A stretch of DNA of 64,000 nt from a virus (taxonomy: Duplodnaviria; Caudoviricetes): positions 1 through 64,000 of IMG/VR virus record IMGVR_UViG_2838247499_000001. One strand, written 5' to 3'. Below are positions 1 through 8,161 of the stretch, one piece after another. The translations under genes were made by a program, and so were the position numbers. Position 1 is the first letter of the stretch, and every line of letters starts with the position of its first letter. The notes beneath the pieces are model-generated. The model was not told the origin of the DNA and did no database searches. It was given only the letters and a program-made list of their open reading frames with translations.

Positions 1-360
1 ATGGACTGGATACCCTTCGATCAAGACCGCTACGCGCAGCAGCCCCTCCCCATCGCCCGGAGGCATGTGCTCGTGCAGCTGACGAAAGACGAGCAAGGCT
101 CACCACCTGCTGTCGTCGTGGGCTACATGCGATTCGCCGCCGGTGATCCGAACAGCCCCACCTTCACCACCCCAGGCGTCAGCCAGCGGAACCGGAAGGT
201 AGTCGCCTGGTGCGACTGCTTGCCCTCCCCGTTCAATGCACCGCTCTGGCGCTGGGGCAGCGAGAACCCCTGCGCGGCCGTGGCTAAGGAGATCGAGGCG
301 CTCAATGCCGAGCACCGAGCCTTCCTCGACTCCCTCAAACCGCCAGCATCTCCGGAGTGA
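1..360 (+). CDS. hypothetical protein (possibly 5'-truncated at window edge)
   Basis: 119-aa ORF with phage-like codon usage; converges on the 335..1501 gene. Confidence 0.6.
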   Translation: MDWIPFDQDRYAQQPLPIARRHVLVQLTKDEQGSPPAVVVGYMRFAAGDPNSPTFTTPGVSQRNRKVVAWCDCLPSPFNAPLWRWGSENPCAAVAKEIEALNAEHRAFLDSLKPPASPE

Positions 361-1501
361 CCGTCATCCGGCCCACCTCACCGAAGCTCGAGTGGTAGCT
401 GATGGCGCGCACCTGGCGCTCAGCGAACCACCCACCGCGCGCCGCATAGGCGTCCCGGGCAGCCAGCGTGGGGTGCTGCACGACAGTCATCCCCGAGTGC
501 TCCTTCTCCTCCACGTGGTGGCGATGGCCACAGTGCGCGTAGCGCTTCGTGGTCGAGCCCCATTCCCGGGCAAAGGCCGAGGCGAACAGCAGCGGCAGCT
601 GGTCGTTCTTCTTCAGGTGTCCGTGGTGCCAGGCCAGCATGGTCTGGCCGTGCTGCCAGACGTAATAGGGCAGCGGCGAGTCGATCACCATCACCCGCGG
701 CTCGTGCTCGTACAGCGCCTTGAACATCACCCGAAGCCAGATGGAGCTGCTGATGTCGTGGTTCCCCTCGGCCAACAGCACTACCACCAGCTCGTGGCGC
801 TTGAGCAGCATGTCGACGGCCCTGCGCAGGATCTTCACCGCCACAGCCACCACCTGGGAGAACCGCCCATCGGCGTCCAGGATGTGGCCGGAGGTCGGCG
901 TCACCGGGCTGATGCCGTCCTGGTGCAGGAAGTCGCCCAGCTGAGCCAGGATGCCAGTGCGCGCCTTCGGGCTGCCCTGGATCATCCGTTCGAAGCAGCC
1001 CATGAGCGTGGCCTCGGCCAGCTCCAGGTTCCAGTCGGCGCCCGTCTCCTCGGCCCAGCACATGGCCCCCACGTGGCTGTCGGTGAACGTGTAGACGTTG
1101 CACAGCGCGGCCGCGCAGTCGGTCGGCTTGCTCACCGGCGTCAGACGGGGCAGCTCCTGGGCCATCACCTCGAAGGCTTCCTTCACCGCGGCATCCCTGG
1201 CCGCCTGGTCGGCCGAGGTCTTCACCCACTGGCCCTTCAGCTCGCCGTCCTGGCCGTAGTAGGAGCTCACACCCTTGACGTTGAAGCCGGCCGGAGCCAG
1301 CTTCGTCATGTCGTGGGCAGGGGAGTGGCCCTGCTGGGCCGCCTTGAACCGCAGCGCGGCCATGGACTTGTCCAGCGTGCGCGGGTTCACCCCCAGCGCC
1401 TTGGCCGCCTTGCGGTGGCTGCCGTGCTTGGCCACGGCTTCCAGGATCTCCAGCTGGCGGACGGTTGCAAAGCTCGCCAACGTGGCGTCGATCTGGCTCA
1501 T
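335..1501 (-). CDS. N-terminal HTH plus calcineurin-like metallophosphoesterase
   Basis: LysR-like HTH (RQLEILEAVAKHGSHRKAAKALG); motifs DSH, GD, GNHD, HGH, GHRH. Confidence 0.8.
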   Translation of the reverse strand: MSQIDATLASFATVRQLEILEAVAKHGSHRKAAKALGVNPRTLDKSMAALRFKAAQQGHSPAHDMTKLAPAGFNVKGVSSYYGQDGELKGQWVKTSADQAARDAAVKEAFEVMAQELPRLTPVSKPTDCAAALCNVYTFTDSHVGAMCWAEETGADWNLELAEATLMGCFERMIQGSPKARTGILAQLGDFLHQDGISPVTPTSGHILDADGRFSQVVAVAVKILRRAVDMLLKRHELVVVLLAEGNHDISSSIWLRVMFKALYEHEPRVMVIDSPLPYYVWQHGQTMLAWHHGHLKKNDQLPLLFASAFAREWGSTTKRYAHCGHRHHVEEKEHSGMTVVQHPTLAARDAYAARGGWFAERQVRAISYHSSFGEVGRMTVTPEMLAV

Positions 1502-1791
1502 CGGGCTTTCCTTTTGTTCGAATTCGTACCGGCCGGAGCCAGGAACTGCACCTCGCGGACCATGCCGCGGGGAATCTGGTCACGAGGACCGATCTGCGCC
1601 GGCCCCCACGAGCCAGTCAAGATGACGCCCTCCGGGCCGTCGTAGATCAGGAAGCCGACCGTGGTGATCAGCACCGGCTGGTAGGTGGCCGGCGGGTCAG
1701 CCCGCTCCACCCAGGCCGTGCTGTCTTGGCTGCAGGCGTCCTCCCAGACGACCCTGGCCAGCCGGGGCTCACTTGCTTGCGCTTCCGACAT
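1498..1791 (-). CDS. hypothetical phage protein
   Basis: 97 aa; ATGA overlap with the downstream gene. Confidence 0.7.
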   Translation of the reverse strand: MSEAQASEPRLARVVWEDACSQDSTAWVERADPPATYQPVLITTVGFLIYDGPEGVILTGSWGPAQIGPRDQIPRGMVREVQFLAPAGTNSNKRKAR

Positions 1792-2263
1792 CGAGCACCT
1801 CCCTCACGTAGTCCTGCAGACCGATGACCTGGATCCTCAGTCCGTCAGCTGCTTCCGCCAGGTCGACAACAGTCGCTGCACATTGGCCGAATAGCTCCCA
1901 CCCTCGGGTGTCGACGGCGGCTTCATCAGCTGCGGGCTGGGCGGCGGAAGCTGCACCGGCTTCACGTTGGGGAGCTCGCTTCTTGGCGAGGTCAGTGCGC
2001 AGCCTCCCAAGCTCAGCACGAGCGCCAGCGTCATCGCGCTGCTTCTGATCCTTGAGCTGTTCATACCTCTCCTCACCTTGTTGGACCTTGGCCTGGAGCT
2101 GCTGCTCCTTGGCTCGGTTGCTTCGCTCGAGCTCGGCCTGCTTGGTCGTCCAGACAGACCGCTCGGCCTTCGTGCCGGCGCGGGAACCAGCCTCGTAGAG
2201 GCCGACCCCGATGGCGATCACCGCGGCCACCGACAGGAGCCAGGCGATCAGGCGCGGACTCAT
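1769..2263 (-). CDS. Rz: i-spanin (Rz-like)
   Basis: Starts MSPRLIAWLLSVAAVIAIGVGLY (TM) then coiled coil; ATGA overlap with endolysin stop. Confidence 0.85.
   Translation of the reverse strand: MSPRLIAWLLSVAAVIAIGVGLYEAGSRAGTKAERSVWTTKQAELERSNRAKEQQLQAKVQQGEERYEQLKDQKQRDDAGARAELGRLRTDLAKKRAPQREAGAASAAQPAADEAAVDTRGWELFGQCAATVVDLAEAADGLRIQVIGLQDYVREVLDVGSASK
1837..2064 (-). CDS. Rz1: o-spanin lipoprotein (Rz1-like), embedded in i-spanin in another frame
   Basis: Signal with lipobox LGGC, Pro-rich mature part; start uncertain (2076/2064/2034). Confidence 0.8.
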   Translation of the reverse strand: MNSSRIRSSAMTLALVLSLGGCALTSPRSELPNVKPVQLPPPSPQLMKPPSTPEGGSYSANVQRLLSTWRKQLTD

Positions 2264-2742
2264 TGCGCCCTCACACATCGGTCGTGCTCCGCTCGCCTTG
2301 CGTTCACCAGGCCCTGCACCACCCGGCCACGGACCCGATTCCAGCGCAGGATCTCCTCGCAGGCGCCGGCGTAGTCCTTCTGGTTCAGGCGCTTGACCAG
2401 CGTCGAGCCGCAGAAGGCCCCGGGGCCGATGTTGTAGGCGAAGGAGACGTACAGGTCGTATTCCTCCTGGCTCAGCGGGACCTTCACGCACTGCTTGAGG
2501 GCGCCTTCGAACTTGTTGACGTCCTGCAGTGCCCGGCCCAGCGCCTTGACAGGCGTGGTCCGGTCACCCAGCTTCACGCCTTCGGTGGTGCCGAAACCCA
2601 GGGTGGGCACATCCCCGGGAACGGGGATGACCGCCTGGTCGGTGTAGCCCTCCCGGGCCACGATGCCGACCAGGCCGGCTGCCGACAGAACCAGCGAGGC
2701 GATCCCGATGCGGATCTTCGTGCTGGTGTCACTCATCGGCAT
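2260..2742 (-). CDS. SAR endolysin, T4-lysozyme-like (GH24)
   Basis: N-terminal Gly/Ala-rich SAR helix, EG..D.PT.G.G.T catalytic region, FAYNIG, GLVNAR. Confidence 0.9.
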   Translation of the reverse strand: MPMSDTSTKIRIGIASLVLSAAGLVGIVAREGYTDQAVIPVPGDVPTLGFGTTEGVKLGDRTTPVKALGRALQDVNKFEGALKQCVKVPLSQEEYDLYVSFAYNIGPGAFCGSTLVKRLNQKDYAGACEEILRWNRVRGRVVQGLVNARRAEHDRCVRAQ

Positions 2743-2950
2743 CCGCCTTGCGCTGCTCGCGCGCCAGCTTCAGGTGCTGCCACTTGAAGTAGACGTTGAC
2801 CAGCAAGCCGACCACACCGATGAGCACGCCACCCAGGGCGGCGAACTCGTTGGCCGTCATGCCGAAGTAGAAGCCGGCGCCCGCTCCTCCGTATTGCGCC
2901 GTTACTGCAGTCCTCATCACCACCTCTGCGGATTGGTTGGAAATGTTCAT
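2729..2950 (-). CDS. holin / pinholin
   Basis: 73 aa, hydrophobic segments, charged C-tail, directly upstream of endolysin. Confidence 0.75.
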   Translation of the reverse strand: MNISNQSAEVVMRTAVTAQYGGAGAGFYFGMTANEFAALGGVLIGVVGLLVNVYFKWQHLKLAREQRKADADE

Positions 2951-2953
2951 GGC

Positions 2954-4744
2954 TCAGACTCCCGGCCGGGTGTAGGGACCCAGGTTGTTCGGAAGGAAGA
3001 TCCGCTTGCGGTTGGCGTCGTACATCATCCCGGCCGAGCGGGCGGTGCGCAGGCACTCGGCGTCAGCCAGACCCTGCAGCGCGTGGCCCAGCGGGAAGCC
3101 TTGGCCATCAACCCAGCCCGCGATGGACGTCGCTGCGCCGGCGTTGATGTCCTGCGACTGATCCAGCGCCACCGAGCTGTTGAAGAACTGCTTGCGGCCG
3201 TTGACGTAGACGTTCTTCTTCGACACCACGGCCGGGCCGGAGGTGGCCCGCTGGTTCCAGTCCCAGGCGTTCCGAGCTGCGGCGTTGACGCCGCTGTCGA
3301 AGATGTTGTTGTACTGGTAGATCCGCGGAGCGCCAGTGGTGTCCAGGCAGCCAGCCTGGGGGATGTTGGTCTGGGCCAGGCGTACGTAGTTGTTCAGCAC
3401 GAAGTACGTGCCGTTCTTGGTGCCGTCCGGATAGCACAGGATGCCGGAGCCTTCCGTGTCGCAGATCTCGTTGTAGGCGATGAAGTGCCCACCCGAGCCG
3501 TTGCCGGTGATGCCGCCGCTGGTCGTGTGGTAGATCTTGTTGCCGATCGCCCGGTTGGCGTCCTCGATGCAATCGAAGGAGCCACCACGCACACCGTCCG
3601 TGCCCATCCACGAGGTCGGCGGCGTCCCGCCTGCACCGGCCGCGCCCAGGCCCAGCTTGATGGCCGTGCCGCTGCGAGCCACGGGCGTCGAGTAGGTCCA
3701 GTTGGCGCCGTCCCAGAACAATGCCGTGACGTTGTTGCCCAGGATCTCCTTGAACGTGTTCCAGTTGACGCTGATGCCCATGCCGATAGCGTCGATGCCG
3801 TCCTGGGCCATGCCGATGCAGGTGTTGTCCAGGAAGAAAGCCCGACCCAGCCAGCGGCCAGCGATCGAGGCGTGACCGCCGTGGACCGCAGCGTTGTAGG
3901 CGTAGTTCGGATCCGTGTTAGGGGCACCCGGGCGGCGACCGAATTGGGGGTTCAACGAGACGTTGTCTTCGATGAGCAGCTCCGTACCCGCCCGCATCAC
4001 GTAGCCGCCAGAACCGCTGGGATCCACACGGAAGTTGTGGAAGAAGCCCTCCACCGTGTTGCGCCGCATGGTCGTGCGCTTGTGGCGCGAGTAGCTCGAG
4101 CCCATCAAGTCGTTCGGGATGTTGGCCAGGATGCCGTAGCGGCCCATGGCGTTGAGCGTCCCGAAGCCATCGCTGCCGTTGACCTGACAGTCCTCGATGG
4201 TGTTGCCGTTGCCGAAGACGTACAGCCCGATGTTCTCGTAGCTCAGCGTTTCCGGCTGGTTCGAGCCACCGGGGGCGTTGATGTTGCGTGCCGTGACGTA
4301 GTCGTAGTCCGGCGAGCGGATCTTGAAGCCAGTGACGCGGATGTCCTCACCCAGCCAGCGAATGGCGGCCACCTGGCGCTCAGCGGCCGTGCGGCCACCG
4401 CTCATGTTGATGTACGACTGCGCGCCATCCCCGCGGCCGTCGAACCAGATGCCACTGGCCTTCGAGGACAGTGCCCGGGTCTGGCCGAAACAGATGCCAC
4501 CCATGTTGGCGGCCCATTCACCCGAGGCGAACAGGCCGTTGGCTGCCAACGCGCTGGGCCACTCGCTGCGATCAGCCAGCGTGAAGATGCCAGAGCCACC
4601 ACAGAAAGCGACACGGTCACCAGCCTTGATCGTGCCGGCCTCGATCGCGTCGTAGGCCTGCTTGACGCTGAAGGCGTTCGTCGGCGACGAGCCGTTGCCA
4701 CCGGTGTAGCCGGTGGACTTGGGCTGGACATAGAAGTCAGTCAT
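2954..4744 (-). CDS. tail spike / putative depolymerase, parallel beta-helix
   Basis: 596 aa, G/N/I-rich repeats (NTIEDC, GNKIYHT, YNEICDT..SGI) in tail module. Confidence 0.65.
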   Translation of the reverse strand: MTDFYVQPKSTGYTGGNGSSPTNAFSVKQAYDAIEAGTIKAGDRVAFCGGSGIFTLADRSEWPSALAANGLFASGEWAANMGGICFGQTRALSSKASGIWFDGRGDGAQSYINMSGGRTAAERQVAAIRWLGEDIRVTGFKIRSPDYDYVTARNINAPGGSNQPETLSYENIGLYVFGNGNTIEDCQVNGSDGFGTLNAMGRYGILANIPNDLMGSSYSRHKRTTMRRNTVEGFFHNFRVDPSGSGGYVMRAGTELLIEDNVSLNPQFGRRPGAPNTDPNYAYNAAVHGGHASIAGRWLGRAFFLDNTCIGMAQDGIDAIGMGISVNWNTFKEILGNNVTALFWDGANWTYSTPVARSGTAIKLGLGAAGAGGTPPTSWMGTDGVRGGSFDCIEDANRAIGNKIYHTTSGGITGNGSGGHFIAYNEICDTEGSGILCYPDGTKNGTYFVLNNYVRLAQTNIPQAGCLDTTGAPRIYQYNNIFDSGVNAAARNAWDWNQRATSGPAVVSKKNVYVNGRKQFFNSSVALDQSQDINAGAATSIAGWVDGQGFPLGHALQGLADAECLRTARSAGMMYDANRKRIFLPNNLGPYTRPGV

Positions 4745-4756
4745 GTCCCCCCTCCC

Positions 4757-5068
4757 TTATTCGTTGAGGTAGACCTGGTAGGTCGTGGCAGCGCCGACGA
4801 CCTCCACGAACAGGCCGTCGATGGCACGTAGAGGCGTCTTGGGGCCGGTGAAGCCACCGACCGCGGGCGCCGCGGCGGACCACAGCAGCTGCCCGGTGTT
4901 GTCGAAGCCGTCGTAGACGTTGAGCGTGGCCGCGCCACCGTTGGCCGTGACCTTGAGCGTGTAGAAGTCGACCTTGCCGAACCAGGCACGGGCGCTACCC
5001 GTGAACTCCAGCGGCAGGGCGCCCTCGGAGGCGTTGACGCGAGCGTTGTCTGTGTTGAACGAGGACAT
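4757..5068 (-). CDS. small tail-associated beta-rich protein
   Basis: 103 aa; resembles the C-terminal domain of the upstream fibre gene. Confidence 0.65.
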   Translation of the reverse strand: MSSFNTDNARVNASEGALPLEFTGSARAWFGKVDFYTLKVTANGGAATLNVYDGFDNTGQLLWSAAAPAVGGFTGPKTPLRAIDGLFVEVVGAATTYQVYLNE

Positions 5069-5071
5069 CGC

Positions 5072-5992
5072 TCACTCCTGCCGCATCACGTTGACCGTTG
5101 CCGTACCAGCTGCAGCGATCTCCATGTAGATGCCGATGAGGGCCTGCACCGGCCGATCCAGCAGGTAGACGCCACCCACTGCCGGCGTGAGCTGCTCGGC
5201 CAGCTTGATGCCGTTGGCGCCAGTCGCAGAGTCCCAGAAGGTGATGCGGTTGACGGCCGACTGAGCCGACACCGTGAAGCCGCCGAACAGGCGCGGCTTG
5301 TTGCTGATGACCTTGCTGCCCTGGGTCGGGCCTTCCTGGTACATGCTGAGCGCGCTGCTCACCTCCAGGCGCCCGCTGGTCGGGTTGAAGGCCGCAGAGT
5401 CGTCCAGGCTGTCCGGGATGCGACGCAGCTTCCAGCCGTCCGACACCCACCGGTCATACGGGTAGGTGTTGCGCTGGTAGGTCGTGCTCAGGTTCGCCAG
5501 CATGGCGCCGGTCGGGGACATCAGCTGGGCAGCCGTCACCTGCGTGACGCCACCACCGGAGCCCAGGCCAGCAACCGTGGCGCTGAGCGAGTCCACCGAC
5601 GCCTGGCTGGCCTTGCCATCCACGGTCGTCGACAGAGCATCCAGCGCGCCCTGCGAGGCCTTGCCGGCCAGTGCAGCGGTCATCGTCGCCGAGAAGTTGG
5701 CGTCGTTGCCCAGCGCGGTGGCCAGCTCCTTGAGCGTGTCCAGCGAAGCGGGCGAGGCGTTGACCAGGTTGGCGACCGCCGCGCTCACCGCGGCGTTCAT
5801 CGCAGCCGTGGTGGCGTAGGAAGCCAGAGCGGAGGTGTCGGCCTTGTTCGCCACCGTGCCAGCGAGCGTGTCCAGGGCGGACTGGGCAGCCTTGTCCTGT
5901 ACTGCCGTGTCCAGCGCGCTGAAGTTGGCGTCGAGCTCGGCATTCGTGAGGGGAGCACCCTTGGTGCTCCGCGTTACGACGAGGGCAACCAT
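5072..5992 (-). CDS. tail fibre protein
   Basis: Typical LT.AELDANF N-terminus and LDTLKELATALGNDANF fibre motif. Confidence 0.8.
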   Translation of the reverse strand: MVALVVTRSTKGAPLTNAELDANFSALDTAVQDKAAQSALDTLAGTVANKADTSALASYATTAAMNAAVSAAVANLVNASPASLDTLKELATALGNDANFSATMTAALAGKASQGALDALSTTVDGKASQASVDSLSATVAGLGSGGGVTQVTAAQLMSPTGAMLANLSTTYQRNTYPYDRWVSDGWKLRRIPDSLDDSAAFNPTSGRLEVSSALSMYQEGPTQGSKVISNKPRLFGGFTVSAQSAVNRITFWDSATGANGIKLAEQLTPAVGGVYLLDRPVQALIGIYMEIAAAGTATVNVMRQE

Positions 5993-6002
5993 CTGTGCCC
6001 CC

Positions 6003-6455
6003 TTACGCCGCCGCGATCGTCACCACCCAGGTGACGCTCATGACGTCGGTGGCTTCCTTGGTCACCACACCGAACTTGGTCCGGCACAGCATGGCACCGC
6101 CCACCGCGGAGTTGAACAGGCCGGCCTCGGTCACCGGGCCGGTGGCCACGCCACCCGGGAAGGTGGCGCTGTAGGAGATCGAGCCACCGGTGAGCGTCGG
6201 AGGCGACGACAGGGCCGAGCGACCCACCTCGACACCGAGTGCCGTGTCGGCAGCCAGCGCGGCCGCCACACCCTGGCCCAGCGCCATGTGGCTGACCGGC
6301 AGGGTCGTGTTGTCCTTCAGGCGCGAAGCCATCAGGGCCAGGCCGGCATTGACGACCAGGTTCTTGACGGTGCGCGTTTCCTTCAGGCTGCCATCCGCAC
6401 GGCGCACCTCGATGCACAGCTCGCCGGACAGCTTGACGTTTTCGATCTGGTTCAT
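6003..6455 (-). CDS. tail-collar/fibre-associated protein
   Basis: NLVVNAG, TEAGLFN motifs seen in phage tail accessory proteins. Confidence 0.7.
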   Translation of the reverse strand: MNQIENVKLSGELCIEVRRADGSLKETRTVKNLVVNAGLALMASRLKDNTTLPVSHMALGQGVAAALAADTALGVEVGRSALSSPPTLTGGSISYSATFPGGVATGPVTEAGLFNSAVGGAMLCRTKFGVVTKEATDVMSVTWVVTIAAA

Positions 6456-6468
6456 GGGTTCTCCTCCC

Positions 6469-6873
6469 TCAGAAAGTGATTCGGGTGCCGACGTAGTCCT
6501 CGGCGAAGTAATCGGTGCCAGAGGCGGCGTAGTCCTGTCGGAAGATCTGGAACTGCTCGGACACCTTCACGGTGTCGACGCGGGTCTTGGCCAGCGACTT
6601 GGTTGCCACATCCGAGGCCACCGGCTGGTCGTCCAGCTGGCGCTGGAGCACGTACTGCAGGTCGTCCAGGGTGTTGGCCGTGTCGGCGAGCACCTTGGTG
6701 AAGCTCTTGACCGCCTTGTCCGTGACGAACTCGACCTCGTTGAGCTGCTTGCTGAACTCGATGGAAGCCAGGTCGGACAGCGACGCGCGCTCGTCGCTCA
6801 AGGTGAGCCAGCGCAGGAAGGACCCCAGCGTGATGGAGGCCCTCAGCCGCGTGAGAGTGACGGCCGCCTTCAT
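6469..6873 (-). CDS. putative tail protein
   Basis: 134 aa, C-terminal DYFAEDYVG, operon context. Confidence 0.6.
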   Translation of the reverse strand: MKAAVTLTRLRASITLGSFLRWLTLSDERASLSDLASIEFSKQLNEVEFVTDKAVKSFTKVLADTANTLDDLQYVLQRQLDDQPVASDVATKSLAKTRVDTVKVSEQFQIFRQDYAASGTDYFAEDYVGTRITF

Positions 6874-7199
6874 CAGAAGTCCTCGCGGACCTTGAACTTC
6901 AGGACGTCGTAGACCGTCTCGATGGCGCCGGGCTGGTAGGTCACCTCGACCTCGCCCTCGTAGTCGCCCGGCTCCACCAGCAGCGTGGTGGGCTTCCAGG
7001 TGAAGATCACCTGGCCGGTGGCCGCATCAGCGATGGCACCCAGCAGCGTGTCCAGGATCTCCGTCCCACCGGCAGCCCGGAAGTACATCCGCACCGTCGC
7101 ATCCGTCAGGTCGACGGGGACGTTGGTGAACTCGTCGGTCAGGGTGAGCTTGATTTGCGGGCGGGTATCGCCCCGCACCAGCTTGATTTTCGTGACCAT
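6873..7199 (-). CDS. BppU-N-like tail protein
   Basis: RGDT.P.I...DLT..TV...G.YEGEVEVT pattern. Confidence 0.7.
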   Translation of the reverse strand: MVTKIKLVRGDTRPQIKLTLTDEFTNVPVDLTDATVRMYFRAAGGTEILDTLLGAIADAATGQVIFTWKPTTLLVEPGDYEGEVEVTYQPGAIETVYDVLKFKVREDF

Positions 7200-7364
7200 A
7201 TCCAGGAACTCCGATCGGAAAACCAGGCTGCAGAGCAGCCAAACTGGTTTGATTCAACGGGTCGGACGTTCCTGTAGGTAATCAGCCATCCGTGCGAAGG
7301 ATTGTCGCACAGAAAGAAATTGGGGCCAGTATCAACCGGCCCCAAAGGTATTCCAGCCGGGTAT

Positions 7365-7625
7365 TCAGATACCCGTTACCTGGTCAGATCCCTCGAATAG
7401 TTCGAGGTTGGCCTGGCGAGCGCAATGGTTGGGCTGCCAGTAGTCGAGCAGCTTGCAGATCGGCTTGCACAGCCAGCACTGTCCTCGTGAGACAGCCCGG
7501 CCCATGCGCCCGGAGAGGGTCATCTCCGGATCCCCACCGGTCAGCGCGTTGAGCTGCCGGTCGAATGCCACCAGGTTGTTCACCACCCACTGCTTGGCCT
7601 TGCCCCAGTAATACCCCCAGGACAT
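7365..7625 (-). CDS. hypothetical protein
   Basis: MSWGYYW...DRQLNALTGGDPEMTLSGRMG...C..C...LD....NHC; real start inside the longer called ORF. Confidence 0.7.
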   Translation of the reverse strand: MSWGYYWGKAKQWVVNNLVAFDRQLNALTGGDPEMTLSGRMGRAVSRGQCWLCKPICKLLDYWQPNHCARQANLELFEGSDQVTGI

Positions 7626-7627
7626 TC

Positions 7628-8140
7628 TCACAGCCCCATGATGAAGGTTTTGTCGTTGGTGGCGATCCAATCCCGGTGAGCTTCCCAGCTGTCCTCCGAG
7701 ATCATTCCCGCCGCCAGGAGATTGGCGCGGTACAGCCGGCTCATCGAGATACCGTCTTGCATCACCATCGGAAACTCCGGGTGAGCGGCCAGCGCGCCGG
7801 CATTCCAGGCCGTGTTGGCTTCCTCCTCGGTGCAGCCGGGGTTGGCCTTGACGTAGTCGATCACGCCTTCCTTGGCCGCCCAGCGCTCGGCCTCGATCAT
7901 CTGCGTGATGGTCGACTTCGGGCCGTAGTCGGCCGTGACACCCGGGCCGGCGCCAGCTTCCAGCGCGGCGAGCTCGGCCTCCACGTTCTGCAGCGAGATC
8001 ACCGTGTCGTTGTTGACCGCGGCCAGGCGCTGCTGCACCGAGGACACGGCATCGGCCGCGCCCTTCAGAGAGGCCCGCTTCTGTCGCAGCTCGCTGCGGC
8101 GAGCCTCGTTGGCCAGGGCCGTTTGTACGTCGATGCTCAT
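7628..8140 (-). CDS. hypothetical protein (tail module)
   Basis: 170 aa, N-terminal coiled coil, purine-rich SD upstream. Confidence 0.7.
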   Translation of the reverse strand: MSIDVQTALANEARRSELRQKRASLKGAADAVSSVQQRLAAVNNDTVISLQNVEAELAALEAGAGPGVTADYGPKSTITQMIEAERWAAKEGVIDYVKANPGCTEEEANTAWNAGALAAHPEFPMVMQDGISMSRLYRANLLAAGMISEDSWEAHRDWIATNDKTFIMGL

Positions 8141-8161
8141 GATGTTCCTTCCCTCCCTGGA

